Position numbers and translations under genes: made by a program. Positions 39,209-50,671 of a stretch of 64,000 bases of DNA are shown here, in pieces (position 1 is the stretch's first letter; each line of letters begins with the position of its first letter). The notes beneath the pieces are model-generated. The model saw only the letters and a program-made list of their open reading frames with translations. It searched no databases and was not told where the DNA came from. This DNA is from Syntrophorhabdaceae bacterium (GTDB taxonomy: Bacteria; Desulfobacterota; Syntrophorhabdia; Syntrophorhabdales; Syntrophorhabdaceae): positions 2,912,001 through 2,976,000 of the forward strand of contig OY762209.1 of the NCBI GenBank assembly GCA_963665295.1, written 5' to 3'.

Positions 39209-39712
39209 TCAGGCCTCTTTCCTCCACACGGAAACATGCTGAAACTGTGTCACATGAACCGCCCCTTCGATAGTCATCTCGATGAGGGCCGTGTCGGGTT
39301 TGTTGATGAAGTCGGCTAACTGGGGGTGCTTGGTGATGAAAATACCGGAATATTCTTTCCGCCGGATAGCGCTCCTCACGGGCTTGGCAGTGCCGGTCAG
39401 GGTGACGGCTTCAGCCCGGCTCAGGTCTTCCGGTGTTTGGGAGCGGTTATCGACAAGGATCGATACTGATGGCCGGCCCTTTATGTTATGGTATTTGCGC
39501 GTAGCCCTCGGAGTGGCAAAGATAAGGGTTCTCCGATCGGCGGCAAAGGCAAAGGCGATGAGAGAGGTGTATGGTCCCTCCTCCCCGGAGGTGGCGAGAA
39601 CCGCAAACCGAAGGTCATCGAAGGGTGCAACCATCCGCCGGAGCGCCTCCTCGTTTCCCTGAAGGACTGTGGGATATTGTCTTTTCATTTTCAGCTCCCC
39701 TGTTTCAGACAT
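39209..39712 (-). CDS. Pyridoxamine 5'-phosphate oxidase-family protein
   Basis: FAVLAT, PYTSLIAF, FATPRATRKY.N, VSILVDNR. Confidence 0.88.
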   Translation of the reverse strand: MSETGELKMKRQYPTVLQGNEEALRRMVAPFDDLRFAVLATSGEEGPYTSLIAFAFAADRRTLIFATPRATRKYHNIKGRPSVSILVDNRSQTPEDLSRAEAVTLTGTAKPVRSAIRRKEYSGIFITKHPQLADFINKPDTALIEMTIEGAVHVTQFQHVSVWRKEA

Positions 39713-40054
39713 GTCGCCGGCAGGTAGGGACTCTATCTCTCGGGCGGTCCGTTAGTATTGCCTCCGATCACCACCTGTCTTATGCCGGGAACCGGCTCTC
39801 CGGTCCGGCGTGCGATCCGCCGCAATTATCGACTCATAGTATTCTAGCAGAATAGTAGTCAAAATAAAGGGGAAAACTTAAACCTGAAACCGGCTTGTCG
39901 AACCGGGCCTGCCGGGGAAGGGGAGTTTGATCCCGCAATGTGGAGCGGGAAGGGCCCGGTGGCCCGTGGGGGCCATTGACGGGGGGGTCCCGGGCTTGCA
40001 TCCTCCGTGGGATTAGGTGATATAATTAAGGCTACGCGACGAAGGAGAAGTTTT

Positions 40055-40807
40055 ATGTCAGACAAGGAGATCATACGGCTCGGTAGGTGGTCCGAGGGAG
40101 ATCTGGACCGTTTTATCCGGGAGGCTGCCCTGATATCTGATGCAGGCCTCAGGATCGCGCATATCTCGCGGGAATTCCTGGGAATCCCCTATCAGGGTTT
40201 CACCCTTGTAGGGGATTGCGCGACTGCTGAACGCCTTGTCATCAATCTGGAAGGCGTTGACTGTTTCACTTTCATCGACTACGTGGAGGCCATGCGCCTT
40301 GCCCGTACCTTTGCCGCCTTCAGAGAAAATCTCCTTCCCGTACGCTATCGTAAAGGCCGAATCGCTTTCGAAGAGAGACACCATTTTTTTTCGGACTGGA
40401 TAAAGTCGAGAAGTGCCTTTGTCCATGACATCACGGCAACGGTAGCGGGGGGAGGGTCGGAGGTCGCCGAAAAGACCCTTAACGTGAAGGAAGACGGTTC
40501 CCTCTACCTTCCCGGTCTTGCGGGGACAACCAGGGAGATTCGCTACGTTCCGGGCGGACAGATCGATGCGCGGGTGAGGGAGAGATTGAGAACAGGAGAT
40601 TACGTGGGGATCTACACCGACCTTGCGGGACTGGACGTTTCCCACGTGGGCATATTCATCCGTGAAAGGGATAAAGAGTGGTTCAGGCACGCTTCCTCTG
40701 CCGAGGCGGTGAAGAGGGTGGTTGACCAGGACTTCGAGGGCTATGTGGCTACAAAACCGGGTATTGTGGTGCTCCGGCCCATAGAACCCGCCGGGACTCT
40801 CCCCTGA
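40055..40807 (+). CDS. DUF1460 N-acetylmuramoyl-L-alanine amidase-like protein
   Basis: FLGIPY, VDCFTFIDYV, RHHFFSDW, GLDVSHVG, HASS. Confidence 0.88.
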   Translation: MSDKEIIRLGRWSEGDLDRFIREAALISDAGLRIAHISREFLGIPYQGFTLVGDCATAERLVINLEGVDCFTFIDYVEAMRLARTFAAFRENLLPVRYRKGRIAFEERHHFFSDWIKSRSAFVHDITATVAGGGSEVAEKTLNVKEDGSLYLPGLAGTTREIRYVPGGQIDARVRERLRTGDYVGIYTDLAGLDVSHVGIFIRERDKEWFRHASSAEAVKRVVDQDFEGYVATKPGIVVLRPIEPAGTLP

Positions 40808-40840
40808 GGAACAGGGGCTGACCCTCGGAAACAGGCTCCG

Positions 40841-43063
40841 TCATTCCCGTCCGTCCATCTCCGGGAGGTAGCGGCAGTACTTGTTCTTGCCGTTTCTCTT
40901 GGCATGGTACATGGCGATGTCGGCCCTTCTCACCAGTTCGTCCGCGCTGCCTCCATCCTCGGGATAGATGGTTACCCCGATACTCACGGTAACGAAGAAG
41001 TGACGGGACTCGATCACGAAGGACTTCCGGAACGCCTGCACAATCTTTTCCATCACTATTTCCACATCCCTGATGTCGGCCACCTCGTTCAAGATGAGGA
41101 GGAACTCGTCTCCCCCCATCCGGGCGACGGTATCGCTCTTCCGTAACGCGCCGGAGAGGCGGTTCGCTGATGTCCTGAGCACAAAATCACCCATCTTGTG
41201 ACCCAGAAGATCGTTCACCTTTTTGAACTTGTCCAGGTCGAGGACGGCCACGGCCACCCTTTCCCGGCTTCGTGATGCCTGGGCCATAGCCACCGAGAGG
41301 CGATCACCGAAGAGGATGCGGTTCGGCAAACCTGTGAGCGCGTCGTGATACGCCATGTGCCTGATGGTTTCCTCCGCCTTTTTGAAGGCGGTAATGTCAC
41401 GGACGATCCCCTGGTATCCGGCCACGGCTCCGTCCTGCCCCTTCTTTTCAGAGATGGTGAGAAGGCACGTCATTACGGCACCGTCCTTCTTCAGCAGCTT
41501 AACCTCGTGATCCCTGACCGCGCCCTTCTGTTTCACGCTTTCCATGAGGGCCGGCCGGTCTTCTTTGTTCGCATAGGCGTCCCTGGCGTTAACCTTGAGA
41601 GCCTCTTCCATGGTGTATCCGAAAAGGTTGAGGAAAGACCTGTTACAATCCTCGAACCGGCCGTTCTTTGCGGCAATGTAGATGGCGTCCTTCGATTCCT
41701 CGAAGAGGGTCCGGAATTTTTCCTCACTTCCGCGCAACGCCTCTACCGCCTTCTTTCTCTCCGTAATGTCATATAAGGTAATGATGATCCTGTCGTTGTC
41801 GAGAAAGGCCTTTCTGAATTCTATCTCCTTGAGGCCGCCGTCTCTGCAGATGGCGCTGAATACCCTGTCCACATATTTTCCCGCGAAATATTCCTTCCGG
41901 AACTGGGTGACCTCTTTTCTGAGTTGCGGGTCGGGATATGCTTTTTTCAGCCAACTGTGGTCCCGGAGGACCTCTTCAAGGGTGTAGCCCGTTATGTGGG
42001 TATATTCAGGATTCACGTAGAGATACTCGCCACGGCCGTTCATGAGCACGACGCCGTAGGGCGCCCGCTGAAGGATATCCTTGAACATTTCCCTCTCGCG
42101 GTAAAGCATCTCCTCCATATTCTTGCGCGCCGTAATATCTTCATGAGTGCCTTCATAATACAGGGTATTCCCGTTTTTGTCACGCACCGCCCGGGCGTTT
42201 ACAGAGACCCAGAACACGCTCCCGTCCTTCTTTATCCGCCGGGTCTCGAAACCTTCGACGCGGCCCTTTCTTTCAATAAGGGACAGAAATTCTTCCCTTT
42301 CCGCCGGGTCGGCGTAGACCTGCGTCCTTATGTCGGTCACCTTTTCAAGCATCTCCCCAACGGAACCATAGCCGCTCATACGGGCCATGGCGGGATTGAT
42401 GCTCAGGAAGCGTCCGTCACGGGTGCTCTGGAAAATGCCTTCCGTCGCATTTTCGAAGATGTTCCTGTACTTCTCCTCACTCGCCTTCACTGCCGCGGCG
42501 GCCTTCTTCCGGGCGAGGGCGTTCACCAGGATCTCGCCCACAATCTTCAGGAGGGAGACTATCTCTTCATCCCATGTCCTTTTGTACTTCACGTTGTCGA
42601 GTCCGAGAAACCCCGCAAGGTAATCACCGTATATCATGGGCGCCACAAGGAGAGACTGAACGTCAACGCCCAGAATTTGCGATTTCTCGGCCCGAGCTTT
42701 CGAGGGGAGCAGATCTGTGTCCGGAACGCGGATGATCCCAAGTCCCTTGACTCTTTCGACCAGCCAGGGCATCTCCTCTTCGGCCAGGTTTCTGAGTCTT
42801 CCGAGCCGCGAAGGGACGCCGCGGGAGCACCATTCATGGGTGTTACTCACCCGTTTGCCGTCTTCGCTGAATTGGAACAAGTAACAACGGTCCACGGACG
42901 CATAATTGCCTACCGCGCCCAGGACATCGCGGATTCCATCGTCTATTTCACTGGCGGGAAGGACAATGAAATTTGTGGAGAGGGCAAGGATCATCCTCAG
43001 CAGTTCCTCTGCTCTTCCGTTCTCCGTGCCCGTGAGTGCGGGTTCTATCTCGCTATGAAACAT
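40841..43063 (-). CDS. GAF/PAS diguanylate cyclase
   Basis: GAF, three PAS, YHDALTGLPNR, DLDKFK.VND, RMGGDEF. Confidence 0.94.
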   Translation of the reverse strand: MFHSEIEPALTGTENGRAEELLRMILALSTNFIVLPASEIDDGIRDVLGAVGNYASVDRCYLFQFSEDGKRVSNTHEWCSRGVPSRLGRLRNLAEEEMPWLVERVKGLGIIRVPDTDLLPSKARAEKSQILGVDVQSLLVAPMIYGDYLAGFLGLDNVKYKRTWDEEIVSLLKIVGEILVNALARKKAAAAVKASEEKYRNIFENATEGIFQSTRDGRFLSINPAMARMSGYGSVGEMLEKVTDIRTQVYADPAEREEFLSLIERKGRVEGFETRRIKKDGSVFWVSVNARAVRDKNGNTLYYEGTHEDITARKNMEEMLYREREMFKDILQRAPYGVVLMNGRGEYLYVNPEYTHITGYTLEEVLRDHSWLKKAYPDPQLRKEVTQFRKEYFAGKYVDRVFSAICRDGGLKEIEFRKAFLDNDRIIITLYDITERKKAVEALRGSEEKFRTLFEESKDAIYIAAKNGRFEDCNRSFLNLFGYTMEEALKVNARDAYANKEDRPALMESVKQKGAVRDHEVKLLKKDGAVMTCLLTISEKKGQDGAVAGYQGIVRDITAFKKAEETIRHMAYHDALTGLPNRILFGDRLSVAMAQASRSRERVAVAVLDLDKFKKVNDLLGHKMGDFVLRTSANRLSGALRKSDTVARMGGDEFLLILNEVADIRDVEIVMEKIVQAFRKSFVIESRHFFVTVSIGVTIYPEDGGSADELVRRADIAMYHAKRNGKNKYCRYLPEMDGRE

Positions 43064-43294
43064 GGTTGTCTTTCCCGTCCCGGTGTGCAGTGGTAGGTCC
43101 CCTTTCCTCGTTCAACATGGTTATCGGCAGGCGGCCTAATTTCTTTAAATCCTTACGCGACTTGGGCCCGTTTCTTCGATTCTATGCCCTTCTTAAGTAA
43201 AATACAACCATGCCGATAAACCTGACAGCCCCGATGAACCGTACGGGGGGCCCCGGACATGGGTCCGGAGGATAAACTCACCGTGGGGGAGGAG

Positions 43295-44254
43295 ATGGGG
43301 ACAAGCCAGTCAAATATACTTCTTGAATCAGGCACCAACGAAGTTGAAATTCTGGAACTATTCATTGAGGAAGAAGGGTACAAGGGCTACTACGGGGTAA
43401 ACGTGGCAAAAGTCCTTGAAATAATACCTTTGCCTTCCAAGATTATGAGGCCCCCACATCTCAAGGGGTCCTTTGCATACGGAATGTTCAACCACCGGGA
43501 CAAGATCATTGCCCTTTTCGACCTCGGCACATGGCTGGGAAGGACCAGGATAGAAAATGCGCCGCCCAAGGTGTTGATCACGGAATTCAACAATGTGACG
43601 AACGCCTTCCTTGTCTCAGGGGTTACGAGAATCCACCGGGTCACCTGGGGCGATATTAAGCCGCTGGACGGCTACATGGACGGTCTCAGCGATACCATCA
43701 CGAGTGTCATAGAATTGGAGGATAAACTTGTCTTCCTTCTTGACCTCGAAAAGGCAGTGGCCGACCTGAACCCTGATCTCGCTATCTCGGCGCCTCTTCA
43801 GACCGTCGCACAGTCGGAGATCTTTCGTGACGCGCCTATCAGGATTCTACATGCCGACGACTCCTCGGTGATCCGCATTACGGTGAAGAGGAAATTGGAA
43901 GAAAACAAGATATTTTCGGTCAGGTCCGCAGGAAACGGTGACGAAGCCTGGGAATTCCTCGTTGATGCGAAGAATAAGGCCCGCGAAAACGGGACGAAGC
44001 TTACCGAAGCAGTTGAGGTGGTTCTGAGCGACATCGAAATGCCCGGCATGGACGGGTACCATCTCTGCAAACGGATCAAAGAGGACCCGGAATTAAAGTC
44101 GATTCCCGTGGTGCTATTCTCCTCGCTCATCACGGAAAAGTTGTTCCATAAAGGAGAGGCAGTAGGCGCCGACGGCCAGTTCGCGAAGCCCGACATGCAA
44201 TTGATGCTGTTTATTCAAGAGTTTGTGGAAAGAAGAAGGCAGGCCGGCTCATAG
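43295..44254 (+). CDS. cheV: Chemotaxis protein CheV (CheW + receiver)
   Basis: ILLESGTNEVEILE, YGVNVAKV, SDIEMPGMDG, FSSLI. Confidence 0.92.
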   Translation: MGTSQSNILLESGTNEVEILELFIEEEGYKGYYGVNVAKVLEIIPLPSKIMRPPHLKGSFAYGMFNHRDKIIALFDLGTWLGRTRIENAPPKVLITEFNNVTNAFLVSGVTRIHRVTWGDIKPLDGYMDGLSDTITSVIELEDKLVFLLDLEKAVADLNPDLAISAPLQTVAQSEIFRDAPIRILHADDSSVIRITVKRKLEENKIFSVRSAGNGDEAWEFLVDAKNKARENGTKLTEAVEVVLSDIEMPGMDGYHLCKRIKEDPELKSIPVVLFSSLITEKLFHKGEAVGADGQFAKPDMQLMLFIQEFVERRRQAGS

Positions 44255-44353
44255 AGACCGGCCACGGCCGTTAAGGTTTGAAATCAAATACCCGCACAGG
44301 TAATCCCCGTGCGGGTATTTGATTTCCCCTCTCAGGAAATGACGGCGGACGGG

Positions 44354-44812
44354 CTATTTCCAGAAACCGCAGCCGATGAACACGTTTTCCCCTTCCACTC
44401 GCTGCACCCAGGCCATCTTCTGCTGCACTTTTTTGGTGGCAGGGTTGGTCCACATATAACTGACCCAACCGCTCCCCTTGGTCTTAGCCACTTCCATTTG
44501 TTCCTTTACGAAGAATTTTCCCGAGGCATCTTTTATGTCCAGGAAGTTCATACCCACAATCTTGGTGTTTCCTCCGTTTGCGATCAGGATTCCGTTGAAG
44601 TCGTGGGCGTGAATGTACAAGTCGCCCTTTACGAACTGGCCCTTGGGGTTATTGAATTCCGCGATGGCCTTGTCCTTTCCGTTCGCCTTCCAGAAGACCA
44701 CCGCCTTTTCCACCATGGCCTTTGCGTCGCCCTCGGTCGCTGCCTGAGCAACCAGCACCATACCTGCCATCACCATCAGCGCCACTACCATCCCACATAC
44801 GAATCGTCTCAT
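44354..44812 (-). CDS. Stand-alone exported single-Cache (sCache_2) protein
   Basis: Signal peptide, GDLYI, GSGWVSYMWTNP, IGCG. Confidence 0.85.
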   Translation of the reverse strand: MRRFVCGMVVALMVMAGMVLVAQAATEGDAKAMVEKAVVFWKANGKDKAIAEFNNPKGQFVKGDLYIHAHDFNGILIANGGNTKIVGMNFLDIKDASGKFFVKEQMEVAKTKGSGWVSYMWTNPATKKVQQKMAWVQRVEGENVFIGCGFWK

Positions 44813-45025
44813 GCAAACCTCCCTTTCATTGCGGGTTGCCCCGAAAATAGTTGTACCTATAACTGTCGGGTGATGCGGTCTGTTTCTTAAGCCTCGTGCA
44901 TCTTTTTCCTGAAACTGCGAGAAAGGGTTTGACAAACCCGCCGCGAGGAAGAACAATATATACCACAAGCGTCTGCCGCAGGGGGAACTGCGGAACGCAG
45001 CAACTGTTACCAAGGAGGTGATGGG

Positions 45026-45412
45026 TTGAAGGCCGTAGTCAAAACACTTTTGGTATCCCTGTGTCTCTGGCTTTCGCTTTCCGCATGTCATACCGTCGTG
45101 CAGAAGCTCTCTTATACCCAGGGGGACCGTGGATGTGAGGTTGAGGTGTTTGAAAAAGGAGCGGAAGGGAATTGCCTCACGAAAGACCGGGCTCCGGTCT
45201 CATTTTCCCTATGGTCCACGCGCATACCCAATTACTCGATCATATTTCAAGGACTGAACAGTAATGACCCGGATTTCACCCCTATGTACGGGTTCGTCGT
45301 CAACGATGTGGAGCAGGAGCCCAGCGATGATCTCTGGAAAAGGCTGTTACAGGACCCCCAAATGCTGTGCAACCGGGCATGCGGACCTGCCGACTGGCTT
45401 CTCGTGAGATAG
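45026..45412 (+). CDS. Hypothetical lipoprotein
   Basis: RBS AAGGAGG, TTG start, lipobox LSAC. Confidence 0.6.
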   Translation: MKAVVKTLLVSLCLWLSLSACHTVVQKLSYTQGDRGCEVEVFEKGAEGNCLTKDRAPVSFSLWSTRIPNYSIIFQGLNSNDPDFTPMYGFVVNDVEQEPSDDLWKRLLQDPQMLCNRACGPADWLLVR

Positions 45413-45424
45413 CCATCGCATGCG

Positions 45425-45579
45425 GTTCCGGTTCATGCCCCGTGCGGGAGCGGCTTCTTTCTTCGTGTCTCTCGTGTTCCCGTTGACGTTTCAACCCACG
45501 CCCCCGCAGGGCAGCAAAAACTTACGCTCAATATTAGTAGATTATCAGGAGTTTCAACCCACGCCCCTTTGAGGGCGGC
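45425..45579 (-). CRISPR. Degenerate type I-C mini-array: 3 repeats, 2 spacers
   Basis: Minus-strand repeats GCCGCCCTCAAAGGGGCGTGGGTTGAAAC (45579-45551), GCTGCCCTGCGGGGGCGTGGGTTGAAAC (45515-45488), GCCGCTCCCGCACGGGGCATGAACCGGAAC (45454-45425); 3' ends exactly 63 bp apart; spacers 35 and 33 nt. Confidence 0.85.
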
Positions 45580-46497
45580 ACCATCATTTATTGCTTACGG
45601 AAACCAGGCCCGAAGGCCGGTTCCGATCGGTTCCTCCGTCGGTCTTTCTCCGGCGCTCAGATCTTTTCCTCCATGGTCACTCCATTCGGCAGCCTGTCCG
45701 TATCGACTGCAATCACGTAGTCGGTGAAGGCGCGGGCAGGTTCGGAATCGTCCCTGCGACGACCCACACGAACAAGGTCAAACAGCTTATGGGCGGGAGC
45801 GTTGCCCAAAGCGGAATCATGCTTGAATACCATGAGCCTTCGGGCATTCATCTTTCCTCTTGAGGCGGAATGATCATGGTCGAACATATTTACCAGGGAG
45901 TCCCAGAATAACTGGAGGTCTTCCCCAGAGAAACCTGTCTGCTGAGCGAGATGAGCGGATACGTAGCCTTCGGCGCGATAGAGCGCGTAGGGAACGATGT
46001 GTTTCCTGCCCATGGTGCGGTTATCACCGCCCTGCTGCTCCGCTTCCTTCTCGGTAGCCACGGCCATCCTTGTAATGCTTACCTCCGTGGGAACAATGGC
46101 CTCGATGCTGCGGGCAAAACAGAGTTGCACGGGACCCCGGACCTGCCCACAGTTTATTTCGAGGGCCATGACCGCCCCAAAGGTGCGCACGTCGTAGAAA
46201 TTGGCGCACATCCAGGCCCGGGCCTTCTCCACTTCATCCGCCGTGCCTTTGCGTCCTTTTCCGCTCACCCTGTCTTCGACTCCCACGGCTTGATGGGCGC
46301 GCCTGTGGGTCTGGTTGAGAATGGCCTTTTCCCGTACATAGATTTCATAGGGAGACTGATTGCTCTTCGCGATTTCAACGAAGTTCCGGACCTTCCTCTT
46401 GAGGCAGACGTCGGTTACCAGGCCGAAACTTGTCTCCGGGTCGATGCGGGGCATGTTTCCCGCATCGGGGTCTCCGTTGGGGTTTCCGTTTTCCACA

Positions 46498-48941
<2,444 letters not shown>

Positions 48942-49114
48942 TCACCAAAATTAGTCTGCCCCATGCGAGTAAAAAGCCAACCCACAGTCACGTAACCGGG
49001 AGGATGAGCCGCCGTATTGTAATTGTTGGCGCGTTAAGCTTTAGAGCAACATGGCGGGTCTCGAGCGGAGCTTCCACGCGGGTTCGTTTTTCACCGTTGG
49101 TGATTTGCACACAA

Positions 49115-49143
49115 ATTTTAAGGCATGGATGAAGAAAAATCAA
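49115..49143 (-). promoter_or_regulatory. Putative sigma70 promoter of the cas5c-8c-7c operon
   Basis: TTGATT-N17-TAAAAT on the minus strand in an AT-rich intergenic tract. Confidence 0.55.
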
Positions 49144-49399
49144 GCCCTATGATTATTAAAACGGTAAATACGGCATTATAAGGAATTCTTTAATACCATA
49201 ATAGCACTAAAAAGAGTATTACGGTAGAGAAATGGCATGGATATGGAGCACAGGACATCAACACGGTCAACCTCGCAGATGCAACAAAATATTATCATTC
49301 GTGATTTTCAGTAAGGACCGTGGTACCGCGAGGGCGGACCCGGTGCCGCGGGGGGAAGACGATGCCGGGAATAGGGGACGGAGACTGCCTCAGGGTGGG

Positions 49400-49960
49400 T
49401 TAAAGGCCCAATTGTCCGCCTATTTCAGTCATGGCCTTCAAAGAGATGGACAGGAATTCCTCAAGAGGAATGCCGATTGATTCACACTCCCTGATAATGT
49501 CGCGGTTAACGGAAGCGGCAAAGGCCTTTTCTTTCATCCGCTTGGTCAGTGACTTTACCTTTACGCTCGCGAGTTTTTTGTCGGGATAGACCATGGCGGT
49601 AGCCGTTATGAGTCCCGTCACGGTTTCGCCCGCGGCGAGGGCATGCTGCAGTTCCGTTTCTCTCTTCTTGTTTCGGACTACTTCGTTGTGCATCACTATG
49701 GCTTCGACGATTTCGGGGTCGAGGTCGGTTTCCTTGAGAATACGCTCCGTCTCAAGCCCATGGACCGCGAGATCGCCTTCCACGATCTCTATATCGAGGT
49801 CGTGAAGAAGGCCGGCCATGGCCCATTTATCCTCATCGGCCCCCAACCTTCGGGCCAGGGCTTTCATTACCGCTTCGGCGGCATAACAATGATTGAGCAT
49901 CCTCTCGTTTTTGACATGGGCGTCCAGTAACCGGACCGCCTGCTCTCTTGTAAAGGACAT
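49400..49960 (-). CDS. HDIG/HD-domain metal-dependent hydrolase
   Basis: NH, GLLHDLD, HG, HN, KEKAFAASVNR. Confidence 0.88.
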   Translation of the reverse strand: MSFTREQAVRLLDAHVKNERMLNHCYAAEAVMKALARRLGADEDKWAMAGLLHDLDIEIVEGDLAVHGLETERILKETDLDPEIVEAIVMHNEVVRNKKRETELQHALAAGETVTGLITATAMVYPDKKLASVKVKSLTKRMKEKAFAASVNRDIIRECESIGIPLEEFLSISLKAMTEIGGQLGL

Positions 49961-49989
49961 GGTAAATCCTCCTTATAGGGCAAACATAA

Positions 49990-50526
49990 TCACCAGGACA
50001 TGCCTCTTGACCTTAGAATATTCTGGGACTCGGTGTGGCCCAGGCGGGCCGCAATCCTGTAGCTTTCGAAGGCTTGCCCGGTCTTGCCCAGGTTCATATA
50101 GGCATTGCCCTTGTTGAAATAGGCATTTCCGTTGGTGGGGTCCAATTGGGCGGCCGCGGTGTAATCCTCGAGGGCGAGCTTGTAATTGCCCAGAATCTCG
50201 TGAACGAGTCCCCGGTCGAGACGGGCCCCCGAGTCCTTGGGGATGATGGCGACGGCTGCATTGAAGTCATCCAGGGCTTTGTCGAAATGGCCCAGTTCTT
50301 CATAGGCCGTGGCCCTTCCAAGATATGCCATTGCGTCCCCGGAGTTGAGATTGATGGCATGAGTGTAGGAATCGATGGCCTTATAGTAGTCGCCCGACAT
50401 GAGGTAATATTCGCCGTTTCGGGTCATGTTGACCACCGGGTCACAGGACCAGACGGTTACGAGCAGGAACATGGCGGGCGCAAAGAACAGAACAGCTTTC
50501 AGAAGTCTTTTTTTATCGGTTGCCAC
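49990..50526 (-). CDS. TPR-repeat (lipo)protein
   Basis: Hydrophobic signal ending in WSC, four TPR motifs; start GTG 50526 after GGAGG. Confidence 0.85.
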   Translation of the reverse strand: MATDKKRLLKAVLFFAPAMFLLVTVWSCDPVVNMTRNGEYYLMSGDYYKAIDSYTHAINLNSGDAMAYLGRATAYEELGHFDKALDDFNAAVAIIPKDSGARLDRGLVHEILGNYKLALEDYTAAAQLDPTNGNAYFNKGNAYMNLGKTGQAFESYRIAARLGHTESQNILRSRGMSW

Positions 50527-50671
50527 GAGGCCTCCCCTGATGGTTAGTTGCATTGATGATACCACATTGCGCCGCCGTTTCCTAGAATTTTGACTGGAGC
50601 CTTCCCGGTCCCGGCGGCCCGTGTCCGGGGGTGCGTGACAGAGCGGAAAGAGACCTCGTCAGGCGTCGCGG

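Noticed and set aside
39880..39995. GC-rich nested hairpins upstream of the DUF1460 gene as a riboswitch or ncRNA
   Set aside because: No motif of a known RNA family recognised, and it lies upstream of the likely -10 (TATAAT 40021); pairing can be explained by GC content
41924..43096. Long antisense ORFs (also 24584-25792, 58237-59211, 51182-52063, 28341-29186)
   Set aside because: Shadow frames opposite well-supported genes in GC-rich DNA, with no recognisable motifs
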